From IMG/VR virus record IMGVR_UViG_2706796482_000001, positions 1-64,000 of that record: a stretch of 64,000 nt of DNA. One strand, written 5' to 3'. The DNA is from a virus. Its lineage: Duplodnaviria > Caudoviricetes. Made by a program: the position numbers and the translations under genes. This document shows, piece after piece, positions 1-8,351 of the stretch. A model generated the notes under the pieces. It did not search any database, was not told the DNA's origin, and saw nothing but the letters and a program-made list of their open reading frames with translations. Within the stretch, counting starts at the first letter, position 1, and each line of letters starts with the position of its first letter.

Positions 1-112
1 GGCCAGTATGTTTCGAAGCGGAACAAACTATCTGACCAGCACATTCATAGCCCTAACAAGCATTCTGCCCCCGAATCCAAGGCAAATAAGGCTGTCAGGC
101 ATCGATAATTAC

Positions 113-683
113 GCCCCAAAACGTGCCAAAAATGAGCCAAAACACGCTGAAATCAAGGGAAATGCTGCCATTTTGCCCATAATCCTGCCATTTTCCCGCA
201 ATTTTAACAGTCATTCGTAAAAGCACGGCCTTCGGTCGTAAAGCAGCCCCAATCTAGCCCACATTCAGCCCCTGAATCAGCCCAGATGTCCAGAAAATCA
301 GGCATTCATCGTAAATGAGCCCACCATAGCATGTCTAATCGAGCAGTCATGCCTTAGAATGCTAGCCAGAGTGTCGATTCTCCCTATATACACAAGCAAT
401 AAATGATATTGAAATGCCCGGTAGTTTCAAGAGAGGTTCGTAAAGACACTAGATAGATGACACAGCATTATAGGTGTATGTATATAGGGGAGAAGGAGAC
501 CCATCACTACCGGCCTTGAATCTCTCATAGTCTTATTGGCCATGTATATAGCAGCAGACAACACAAAAGCCACCCCGAAGGGTGGCTATTTTTACAACCA
601 AAAATGTTTCCAGAATCCGGGAGTTTTCGCGCCCTTCGTAAAGGGGAATCTCTGGGAAATTTTGGACGCTATCGTAAAGGGGA
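113..683. repeat. Non-coding region with six TCGTAAA direct repeats, phased AGCCC repeats and phased A/T tracts
   Basis: TCGTAAA at about 215, 236, 309, 438, 636, 672; AGCCC at 245, 256, 267, 279; A-tracts at 118, 128, 139. Confidence 0.7.
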
Positions 684-774
684 TTTATTCGGACATGACG
701 GACAAATCGTTGCCGATATTGGTAGTCATCATGTTAGTTAGGCTAAGTAAGGTGTCCGGGCCGGACATTGAAAG

Positions 775-853
775 GTCCCTGGGGAGAGGCCGACCTTCCT
801 CTAATTAAGCCCTTGCCAGAATGACTGATAGGGCCCCCAGGGACACACTTTAT
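775..853 (-). ncRNA. Candidate small structured RNA (three-way junction)
   Basis: 10-bp stem 775-784/835-844 enclosing two hairpins; TTGACA-N18-TAACAT promoter at 860-889; no convincing ORF. Confidence 0.4.
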
Positions 854-896
854 ACTTCTATGTTAGCAAGGGTCTAACACCTTGTCAACATCACTT

Positions 897-1079
897 TCAG
901 TAAGCACTGAACGGAATGACCACCTGCGTCCCATCCTCGTTCCTCAGAGTTGAGTCATACGCACAGACAGGAGTCTCGACATCATCGACGTTGAAGAATC
1001 CGATAGCCTTGCGAGCGAAACAAATCTCGCAGGTCTCGTCTTCATCCTTCTCAAGGTACCTTACCAGTGCTCCATCCAT
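897..1079 (-). CDS. Hypothetical protein (CxxC), probably leaderless
   Basis: 60-aa ORF starting 6 nt after the TAGACT -10 at 1086-1091. Confidence 0.75.
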   Translation of the reverse strand: MDGALVRYLEKDEDETCEICFARKAIGFFNVDDVETPVCAYDSTLRNEDGTQVVIPFSAY

Positions 1080-1085
1080 ATATAG

Positions 1086-1114
1086 AGTCTAGCAGTACAA
1101 GGAGGAGCTGTCTA
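1086..1114 (-). promoter_or_regulatory. sigma70/HrdB-type promoter TAGACA-N17-TAGACT, representative of about 18 array promoters
   Basis: Similar -10 elements at 1496, 2674, 3286, 4426, 4496, 5340, 5839, 6400, 6872, 7116, 7506, 7986, 8405, 8853, 9441, 9877, 10461. Confidence 0.8.
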
Positions 1115-1158
1115 GCCACCGGGCCGATTGTCCGGGTCGGACCCCGAAGGGCCGAGCG

Positions 1159-1467
1159 TCAGAAATCAGATTCACCCATCAGGCTGTAGAACTCCTCCCC
1201 CATTTCGGCAATGGCCTCAGCCATCCAAAGAGTCCGCTCCTTCCGACGAATCTCACGACGGACCAGAGGCCCCTTTTCACCCTCATCGTCCCACTTGGTT
1301 ACGATGTGGCTGTGAGCACTGACACCAGAGTTTTTGGTTTTGTTGTACCCACAGCCACTCTTGGAGCGCCCGGTACCAGGAACAGGAATCCCCTTTTCCT
1401 TCAAAGCAAGCTCACGAGCAATGACCTGGGAGACACAGCCGTTGAAGGTGTCAGCAGGAATCAGCAT
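1159..1467 (-). CDS. Hypothetical protein
   Basis: ATG at 1467 (MLIPAD) with GAAAGAGG RBS, downstream of the promoter at 1496. Confidence 0.75.
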   Translation of the reverse strand: MLIPADTFNGCVSQVIARELALKEKGIPVPGTGRSKSGCGYNKTKNSGVSAHSHIVTKWDDEGEKGPLVRREIRRKERTLWMAEAIAEMGEEFYSLMGESDF

Positions 1468-1601
1468 GGATACCTCTTTCGTTCGTTGTAGATATAGCCT
1501 AGCAGACTGCAAGGGCTCTGTCTAGCCACTGGCCGATTGTCCGCCCCCGCCAGAAATCCCCCAAACCCTTCCGGGCCTAGGGGACTCTGACGTTTCCTGG
1601 A

Positions 1602-2615
1602 TTAGCTGGCCAGGGCCAGAACCGCCTTACGGATGCGGTTCTTCTCAGCGTTGACCACCGGGTCGAAACCGCTGGCAGCGATGAACAGGTTGTCCACGTT
1701 GCCACCACGCGGCATCCGGTACCAGTCGATACGCTCGGTCAGCGCGTTGAGCGCACCCGCAGCCGTACCGGCCAGAGACTGAGTGGTCTTGGGACCGTCG
1801 CCCGTGTCGGTGAAGATGCCCATCAGGATGTCACGCTTTGACTCCCACTTGACCATGGACCCCTTGACATCCTTCTCGGGCTTGGGGTACAGGTCCTGAA
1901 TCAGGGTGTCGAACTTGTCCTTCGTGACGGACACCTCGAACAGAGAGTTCATCTCACGCTCGAACTCATCCGCGTAGGCGAAGGTGATGTTCAGCGCCTC
2001 ACGGGCAGCAGCCATGCGACCCTCGATGGTCTGCGTGTGGCGCATCTTGAACTGTTGCTTCACACCGTTACGGAGTGCGAAGTTCAGCGTGTTCTGACAC
2101 ACGACACGAACCGGGGTGATGCTTGCCTGTACTGCGACAGACCCGTCATGCGACGTGTTGACCAGAAGGTACAGGTTGGTCACGTCGTCGTCACCGACCT
2201 TGATTTCCCGTCCGATGGACAGGGAACCGAAGACGACACGACCGTCACGGATGGAACCAGCGGTCTCCCACGTGCCACCACCCGCGAGGATGCCGTCACC
2301 GAAGCCGAACAGCTCCTCATTCTGGACGACCTTGTACCGCTCGCCCACGGTGGCCAGAACGTCATTCCGGCCGGTGAAGGGGTTGGTACGAACGACCATG
2401 TGAGGCTCAGTCACGAAGTCGTAGTTGTCCGAAATCATCCCGAGGACATCCTTGACCGACTCCAGACGCACATCCCAGCCCGAAAGGTGGGCCAGGTTCA
2501 GCATCTCGGAAGTGGTCAGCTCTCCCTCGAACACGGTTCCGAGGTTGTGCCACGCGGGCTCGCTGCGAGTGGCGAACGCGACCTGACCCTTGGAACCAAT
2601 CTCAAGACCGTGCAT
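1602..2615 (-). CDS. DUF932 family (TIGR03299-like phage/plasmid) protein
   Basis: PAWHNLG, Y..VQN.E.F, ETAGSI..GR.VF, LL.NTSHDGS and TPVRVVCQNTL motifs; GGAGG RBS before MHGLEIG. Confidence 0.85.
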   Translation of the reverse strand: MHGLEIGSKGQVAFATRSEPAWHNLGTVFEGELTTSEMLNLAHLSGWDVRLESVKDVLGMISDNYDFVTEPHMVVRTNPFTGRNDVLATVGERYKVVQNEELFGFGDGILAGGGTWETAGSIRDGRVVFGSLSIGREIKVGDDDVTNLYLLVNTSHDGSVAVQASITPVRVVCQNTLNFALRNGVKQQFKMRHTQTIEGRMAAAREALNITFAYADEFEREMNSLFEVSVTKDKFDTLIQDLYPKPEKDVKGSMVKWESKRDILMGIFTDTGDGPKTTQSLAGTAAGALNALTERIDWYRMPRGGNVDNLFIAASGFDPVVNAEKNRIRKAVLALAS

Positions 2616-2759
2616 TTTTGCCTCCATAGGCAGAGTTGGTTTAGGGCCGGTTTCCCTGCCCTTCGATGTCTCTAGTCTACAGGAAGACAAGGGGTGGTGT
2701 CTACCCATGCTGCGTGTCTATAATGTCCGTTTTGTTCCGGCCGCCCCGGACACACGAAA

Positions 2760-2777
2760 GCCCCTCCGAAGAGGGGC
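2760..2777 (-). terminator. UUCG-tetraloop hairpin, representative of the array terminators
   Basis: GCCCCTC-TTCG-GAGGGGC on the minus strand after the gene at 2799; similar hairpins next to most boxes. Confidence 0.65.
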
Positions 2778-2798
2778 AGTGTGCGAGTCTTGTTAGAC

Positions 2799-3239
2799 TC
2801 AGTAGGCGGCGTCCAGGCAGGAACGCTCCCAGTTCGCCAGGTACATGCCGTCCAGCTTGGCGATGTACTCGTCCACGATGTCCTTCGTGTCCTTGAGACC
2901 GAGACCCGTCTTGTTGCGCAGCTCCTTGATGCACTGAATCTTCTTGTGGCTGCCGACCTCTCGGACGACCTCCTTGACCAGCTCACGCGCGTTGTCCTTG
3001 ACCATCTTCTCGATGCCCCGGAGACGTGCCAGCTCGAAGTTCGTGGGGGCCTCGGTGTCCGTCTTGCCCGCCTCGTAGCCCCGCTTGTAGGCGTCCGCGT
3101 AGGTGTTGTTCTCCACCTGGATGACGCGCTCGGAGTGGAGGTCCATCAGCACCTGCGCGATGAACATCGCCTTCTTGAGGCCGATGCTGACGTTGTTGTT
3201 GTTGAGGACGGCCAGGATGCGAGCGGTGTCGAACGACAT
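2799..3239 (-). CDS. Protein with a C-terminal ribosomal L7/L12 CTD-like domain
   Basis: KIQCIKELRNKTGLGLKDTKDIVD resembles the bL12 motif KIxVIKxVRxxTGLGLKEAKxLVE. Confidence 0.75.
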   Translation of the reverse strand: MSFDTARILAVLNNNNVSIGLKKAMFIAQVLMDLHSERVIQVENNTYADAYKRGYEAGKTDTEAPTNFELARLRGIEKMVKDNARELVKEVVREVGSHKKIQCIKELRNKTGLGLKDTKDIVDEYIAKLDGMYLANWERSCLDAAY

Positions 3240-3373
3240 TTGAGTCTCCGTTTCTTAGGGGGTCCGTCCCCCTTTCGATGTACTAAGTCTACAGGACATG
3301 TGAGGCAGATACAAGCCCGAAGCCAAAGTGTCCGGGCCCGACACGGGCCCCGAAAGTCAAGGGCCCGGTAGGG

Positions 3374-3709
3374 TTAGGGGTTCGTGTGTCCCCTCTTGAG
3401 TAGTATCTGTTCGATAACGAATTTGGAATCCATTACACGATTGAATTCCTCGTCAGACCGACTTTCCTTTCTGCCTGCCCATGCATTGAACAGGCTGATA
3501 GCGAACTGAAAGAACGCGTCCTGTACAGGCTCAGGGTAGGTAGAAACGAGATAGGCGAATGCATGGAAGTCGAATGAACGCTTATCGAATTCATCGACCA
3601 GCTTATTCGCCAGACGCTCATAGGATGTCGGTCGTGGATTTACGAGTCTCGCACCCTCATACATGTCAGGTACGATTAGGCTTGTTTGTTTGAAGGGACT
3701 ACGCGCCAC
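3374..3709 (-). CDS. Hypothetical protein
   Basis: GTG start with GGAGAGG RBS, overlapping the upstream stop. Confidence 0.65.
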   Translation of the reverse strand: MARSPFKQTSLIVPDMYEGARLVNPRPTSYERLANKLVDEFDKRSFDFHAFAYLVSTYPEPVQDAFFQFAISLFNAWAGRKESRSDEEFNRVMDSKFVIEQILLKRGHTNP

Positions 3710-3866
3710 CCTCTCCCCCAAAGTCCTGAGTTGTGCCGTAGCCGTCTGATACGCTCACAGACACGCCCAGCACCTTTGCAATGAACTCAGCCGTAGCTGT
3801 TGCAAAGGGCCAGGCGCTGTCGTGTGCGTCATCATCAGGCGTGTCGATTTCGATGATGACTGACAT
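3699..3866 (-). CDS. Hypothetical protein (55 aa, MSVIIEIDTP...)
   Basis: Translated manually; fills the gap between co-oriented genes. Confidence 0.6.
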   Translation of the reverse strand: MSVIIEIDTPDDDAHDSAWPFATATAEFIAKVLGVSVSVSDGYGTTQDFGGEGGA

Positions 3867-3875
3867 GTCTATATC

Positions 3876-4397
3876 CTATCGGGTACGGACCTCAACGTCC
3901 ATCCCCAGCACCACCGGGCTCCCGCAAGAGCAGTGGGACAGGGAGTAACCGCACTTACACACCTCACGCTCCGAGAGGATGAGACGCTTGCCCCGGTACC
4001 AAGCGGTGTACTCGGTACGGTGCGAACGGGTGGGAGCAGCGTGCGGACGAACGTCCTTACCGGTCACCTTGACGTGAACACCGGGCGCAGCGGGCTTGAC
4101 TTCCGGGTTCGCCTTACGGTAGGCGTCCAGAACCTCAGCCGACAGGCGGCCACGGGTGTTGACGGTCATGCCAACCGAAGCGGCCCACGCTCGCACGGTC
4201 TTGGCATCGAACTGACCAGCCTTGGGAGCGGCCTTGACAGCCGCACGCTTGACCGGAGCGGCAGCGTCAGAGAAGACCATGCCCTTGCCCTCGGCCTCAG
4301 CGATGGCAGCGTAAGCCGCAGCGCTCATCCGACCACGGGCATCCTTGGCCAGGCCCAGAGAGACAGCGTACGCGCGACGGGTCATGTTCTCGGTCAT
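3876..4397 (-). CDS. Lsr2-like DNA-binding protein with two RGR motifs and a Cys-rich C-terminus
   Basis: VRAWAASVGMTVNTRGRLSAEVLDAY is an Lsr2 C-terminal domain; second copy RAYAVSLGLAKDARGRMSAAAYAA. Confidence 0.85.
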   Translation of the reverse strand: MTENMTRRAYAVSLGLAKDARGRMSAAAYAAIAEAEGKGMVFSDAAAPVKRAAVKAAPKAGQFDAKTVRAWAASVGMTVNTRGRLSAEVLDAYRKANPEVKPAAPGVHVKVTGKDVRPHAAPTRSHRTEYTAWYRGKRLILSEREVCKCGYSLSHCSCGSPVVLGMDVEVRTR

Positions 4398-4577
4398 TTG
4401 GGGTTCCTTCCCTCGGTGTGTACTCAGTCTATCGGATTGAAGGCGGAGAGGCAAGCCCCGGTGCAGAGGTTGGTTTCCCTCCCCTTCATGTCTTTAGTCT
4501 ACAGGACGTAAGCCATCTGTGTCTACACCTAAATGTCCGATTTGCCCGTTGTCCGCCCCGGCCCGAAGGCCCTAGCG

Positions 4578-5312
4578 TCAAGCCTTTCGACGCTTAGGAA
4601 CCTTGGACGCGAAACGAATGTCAGCCTTACCAAAGATGCAAAGGCCACATGTCACACATGCGCCACCATCCTTAGTGATAAGGGGAATGCGCTTGGCATT
4701 CTCAGGGCAGATAGCGCCAGGCTTACCAGTTTCGGCAAGCATGAATTCCTTACCCTGTTCGTGTGTTTCTGCCAGATAGGCCAGACGAACAAAGGGGTAA
4801 ATCTCCTGAGTGCCCAACGCAGCCTCTTTGTTCTCACTGTCTACACTCAGATAAACAGAGAGATTGGAGACATTTTCCAGATACGCCACGAACCCAAAGG
4901 AACGTGTGTAAATCCAGAATTGCACATCAGGGAATGCCTTGCACGTTTCCGCAAGGGCATACGCATAGTCAGAGGAAAAGATATCCCCATCTGCGTGCCA
5001 GCGGAATACCTTACTGACGTTGTGCTTTTCGCACTCATTGACGAATTCGGCAATCATGTCAGTGAGCATCGAAATCATCTCACTGATTGTTGCCTTACGC
5101 ATCAATTCCCAATTGTGCAGAGCAAGGTCTCGGAATGCCGGATATTGCTTTTCCAGCTTACCGGCATAGCAGACGGTCTCACACACACCGGTCGCACCAG
5201 GGCAGGAATACGCCTTACCACTGGGCAGGGAGAATGCGTTTTTGATGAGAGAGGCAGTGCCAGCACCGTTTGCACGATTGGCAGTCTTACGGTCATGCGA
5301 GCGCTTGAGCAT
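4578..5312 (-). CDS. GP88-like protein, putative Fe-S or radical-SAM-related
   Basis: FSLPSG..CPGATGVCETVCYA and FRWHADGDIF motifs; C-terminal CxxCxxC. Confidence 0.65.
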   Translation of the reverse strand: MLKRSHDRKTANRANGAGTASLIKNAFSLPSGKAYSCPGATGVCETVCYAGKLEKQYPAFRDLALHNWELMRKATISEMISMLTDMIAEFVNECEKHNVSKVFRWHADGDIFSSDYAYALAETCKAFPDVQFWIYTRSFGFVAYLENVSNLSVYLSVDSENKEAALGTQEIYPFVRLAYLAETHEQGKEFMLAETGKPGAICPENAKRIPLITKDGGACVTCGLCIFGKADIRFASKVPKRRKA

Positions 5313-5423
5313 GGCAGTCCTTCCGTTTGACGTAAGTCGAGTCTATCAGAACTAGGCTACGTAAACAACCCCTCAAAATGTCCTATATGTCTGTCCGGGG
5401 CGGACGCCCCGAAGGGCTAGCCG

Positions 5424-5537
5424 TTAATGATTCTCAGGATGACAACAATTCTTGCCATCACAGTCACAGGGCATGTCATGTGCTCCGAAATCACAGCACA
5501 AACACAATTCCTCGTCATTGATTTCATCAGGCTGCAT
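5424..5537 (-). CDS. Small Cys-rich protein (37 aa)
   Basis: MQPDEINDEELCLCCDFGAHDMPCDCDGKNCCHPENH with GGAGGAG RBS. Confidence 0.6.
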   Translation of the reverse strand: MQPDEINDEELCLCCDFGAHDMPCDCDGKNCCHPENH

Positions 5538-5832
5538 TACGCTCCTCCGAGCTGTAGGGCAATTCCGTGTTACGAACAACAGTGCCAAGAGAGACAGCGT
5601 TGATGGTCTTGTGACCAAGAATCCAAGCCATAACCACACGGTGCTGACCATTGTACACGGTGCCATTGTGAAAGTTGATAGGCATTTGAATTCCGTCCCT
5701 TTCACAGGACTCAATGAATTCATCGCTCATCTCAAAGAAAAGCTGAGTGAAGAGGTCCATGGTGCTCTGTCCGTCCTCGCGGTCTGCGAAGTCGGCACCG
5801 GCAACAATCTTGGCTACACTCAGCGTCTTCAT
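5527..5832 (-). CDS. ParB/Srx N-terminal-like domain protein, leaderless
   Basis: GIQMPI...NGQHRV motif; ATG 6 nt after the -10. Confidence 0.7.
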   Translation of the reverse strand: MKTLSVAKIVAGADFADREDGQSTMDLFTQLFFEMSDEFIESCERDGIQMPINFHNGTVYNGQHRVVMAWILGHKTINAVSLGTVVRNTELPYSSEERNAA

Positions 5833-5921
5833 GCTATGAGTCTAACAGAGTCAGCAGTCATGCACAACCCCTTTTTGAAAGTGTCCGGGACGGCCAAAGG
5901 GCCCCCGAAGGGGCCCGGTGG

Positions 5922-6062
5922 TCAGAGGAACATCGAGACAAGGGCGAGACCGACGATGCCACCCATCACGAAAGGCATGACGAGGTTTTCCATCAGGTCG
6001 CTCTTGATGTTGATGTAATGCGTGTAGATGTAGAAGTGAAGCTGCATGAGGAAGTACGTCAT
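5922..6062 (-). CDS. Small membrane protein (46 aa)
   Basis: Manual translation; hydrophobic C-terminus VMPFVMGGIVGLALVSMFL; GGAG RBS. Confidence 0.55.
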   Translation of the reverse strand: MTYFLMQLHFYIYTHYINIKSDLMENLVMPFVMGGIVGLALVSMFL

Positions 6063-6070
6063 TACCACTC

Positions 6071-6373
6071 CTAGAAGAGTTCGGGACCAGATTCACCAAG
6101 GTCATCCATCCAGTCCTCGGTGAATTCGATGAATTCCACATTCAACAGCCATGCGATAAGAACTCGGTGATGGCCATTGAAGACGGTGTTCGAATCCGTC
6201 ATGTAGAGAATAGGGTCGAGAATGCCCTTTGAACAAGATTCGGTGAACTCAGGGTTTCCCTCAAAGAGGTCATCGAACTTGCGCTCAAACATCTCCCAAG
6301 TAGAGACGCCCCATGCCTCAGCATCATTGAAGATAGCCGACTCAATCAGCTTCGCAACAGATACCTTGGCCAT
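6071..6373 (-). CDS. ParB/Srx N-terminal-like domain protein, paralog of 5527-5832
   Basis: GILDPI...NGHHRV motif; AAGGAGG RBS. Confidence 0.7.
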   Translation of the reverse strand: MAKVSVAKLIESAIFNDAEAWGVSTWEMFERKFDDLFEGNPEFTESCSKGILDPILYMTDSNTVFNGHHRVLIAWLLNVEFIEFTEDWMDDLGESGPELF

Positions 6374-6485
6374 GTCGTCCTCCTTGGCTTGATAGTAAGA
6401 GTCTACCCTAGCCACCGGGCCGATGTCAACACATCTGAAAATTGTCCGGGGCGGCCAAAAGGGGCCCCGAAGGGCCCCTAGTGGA

Positions 6486-6758
6486 TTAGTCCTCGCTGGT
6501 GTCCTTCTGGCTTACCAGCTTCGCACGACCGAGCAGAGAGGCGTCAGCCGCCTTCCACTTCTTGACCGGCTTGCCGACGCGCACGCGGGGGAAGTTCGCC
6601 AGGATGGCACGAGCACGGGTCTCGTCGGCCTCCAGGATGTCGAACCGCTGGTAGGGAAGGATGTTGGACGTGGCACCGAACTCGATGTCCACTCCCTGGA
6701 CAATCATGGCCACACGGAGGGAGAGGGCGTCACGCTGAGGGACGATACCGGCAATCAT
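6486..6758 (-). CDS. Hypothetical protein
   Basis: ORF with AGGAG RBS. Confidence 0.7.
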   Translation of the reverse strand: MIAGIVPQRDALSLRVAMIVQGVDIEFGATSNILPYQRFDILEADETRARAILANFPRVRVGKPVKKWKAADASLLGRAKLVSQKDTSED

Positions 6759-6887
6759 GTGCACTCCTGTGCTAGAAGTAAGCTGGGGTATTCAGTTATC
6801 AGAGACTTTGGCAGGAAGGGAAAAACCTCACGTTGCGAGGCCCTGTGGCCTGTCCCCTTGTGCTTAGCTAGAGTCTAGCAGCCGAAC

Positions 6888-7070
6888 CTAGTTGCAGTCA
6901 ACCAGGTACTCGGGCTCGTCGTCCTCGGAGACGGTCCAGATGTCCGACAGCCAGCCCTTACGGATGACACCGGCCGTCACGAACTTGTGCGGCTCAGCGG
7001 ACTCACGAACCGCGTCCGCGTGCTCCTCTTCGGAGATGATGCTGTAACCCTCGGGAATCTCGAACGTCAT
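6888..7070 (-). CDS. Hypothetical acidic protein
   Basis: 60-aa ORF after the promoter at 7116. Confidence 0.7.
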   Translation of the reverse strand: MTFEIPEGYSIISEEEHADAVRESAEPHKFVTAGVIRKGWLSDIWTVSEDDEPEYLVDCN

Positions 7071-7196
7071 GACTACCCCTTTCGTTGGGAGGCTTCCCTC
7101 CCTTTCGATGTTCTAAGTCTACATGAGCCATCGGACAGAGGCAACACTAGATGTGCACTACATTTTGTCCGGGCCGGACCCCGAAGGGCCAGGCAG

Positions 7197-7478
7197 TCAC
7201 TTACTGATAACAGCCCGAAACTTGCCATTCAAACCACGAACGACATACTTCTGGCCGTTCTTCCAGCTCTCTACCTTGATAGTGATACACGGTTCACCAA
7301 GCCTGTTTTCCATGCGAATTCCATAGTTGACATGACTCTGGAGCTTCAACATGCGAATGTAAGTTCCCTTGTCACGCTTGCGTCGGGCAAGCTTCATGTT
7401 GTATGCGATATCACGTCGAGAGAATTGCAGAGTGCCCTTACGACCAGTAGTACCAGTAACAACAACGTAGTTCGACAA
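7197..7478 (-). CDS. Hypothetical basic protein
   Basis: TTG start with GGAGG RBS; C-terminus resembles 8073-8351. Confidence 0.7.
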   Translation of the reverse strand: MSNYVVVTGTTGRKGTLQFSRRDIAYNMKLARRKRDKGTYIRMLKLQSHVNYGIRMENRLGEPCITIKVESWKNGQKYVVRGLNGKFRAVISK

Positions 7479-7572
7479 GGTTCCTCCGTCGTTTGCGTTG
7501 AAACGACTCTATCATGACTGATGGACTTGTGCAAGATGTCCGGGGCGGACACGCCCCCGAAGGGGCGCACCG

Positions 7573-7728
7573 TCAGTCTCCCATGTCGTCAAGGTGAGCG
7601 TCTGGAGCGGGCTCGAACTCAAGGAAGGTGTCTTCGAAAATCACCATCCATGAGTAACCCTCACGATTGTCCGGGTTGCACTCGCCACGGTGCATATCGC
7701 CCATGGCAGCACCACACCTGATGCACAT
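7573..7728 (-). CDS. Hypothetical protein (51 aa, MCIRCGAAMGD...)
   Basis: Manual translation; TGATG coupling to the upstream gene. Confidence 0.6.
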   Translation of the reverse strand: MCIRCGAAMGDMHRGECNPDNREGYSWMVIFEDTFLEFEPAPDAHLDDMGD

Positions 7729-7940
7729 CAGGTCAGGCTCCAGGGGGCGACGACGAACAGCTCCACGCGGTCCGTGTTGATGCTCAGACGAGCACCGTTC
7801 CTGTCCGTCATGACGAACAGACCCTCACGCCAGACGCTGTCGTTCCATGCCGTCGTCAGCTCATCGACAGACGTGTTTTCCAGGTAGGCCACGAGAGTGT
7901 CCTTGCGACCGTGAAAGTAGAGGCTGACCTTGACACCCAT
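7728..7940 (-). CDS. Hypothetical protein
   Basis: ORF with GAGGAG RBS. Confidence 0.7.
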   Translation of the reverse strand: MGVKVSLYFHGRKDTLVAYLENTSVDELTTAWNDSVWREGLFVMTDRNGARLSINTDRVELFVVAPWSLT

Positions 7941-8072
7941 GACACAACTCCTCTTCCGGGAGAACTTCTCCCTTTCGATGCTCTAACTCTACAGCATGTG
8001 GGGAGCAGATACAACCCCAATTTGAAAGTGTCCGGGCCCGACACGGGCCCCGAAGGGCCCGGTGGGAAGGTG

Positions 8073-8351
8073 TTACTTCTTGGCCTTGGCGCGCTTGTTG
8101 CTGTGGTTGCCGTTCATCAGGGCCGTGAAGTCCAGCATGATGTTCTGCTTGAAGTTGGTCGCTCCGTGGAACTTGCCGTCCTGGTCACGGATGACGATGC
8201 GGACCTCGGTGGAGTCGCTGCCCGGAGTGGTCTTCCAGGTCTCCAGACGGATGCTGTAGACGGACTTGGAGCCCTTGACCTTGAAGCCCTCGGAGATGGT
8301 GACGGAGGAGACGATGTTGTGGTTGACGCCCTTGGCGAGAGAAACGGCCAT
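8073..8351 (-). CDS. Hypothetical protein
   Basis: GAGGAG RBS; strongly GC3-biased codons. Confidence 0.8.
   Translation of the reverse strand: MAVSLAKGVNHNIVSSVTISEGFKVKGSKSVYSIRLETWKTTPGSDSTEVRIVIRDQDGKFHGATNFKQNIMLDFTALMNGNHSNKRAKAKK

Noticed and set aside
8-808. ORFs 8..220 and 536..808
   Set aside because: No clear RBS, they overlap repeats and structured elements, and their composition is not protein-like.
775-853. Hammerhead ribozyme or tRNA
   Set aside because: Lacks the CUGANGA/GAAA core and the T-arm consensus.
2799-3239. Calling this gene rplL
   Set aside because: Only the C-terminal motif matches; the bL12 N-terminal dimerisation domain and Ala-rich hinge are not evident.
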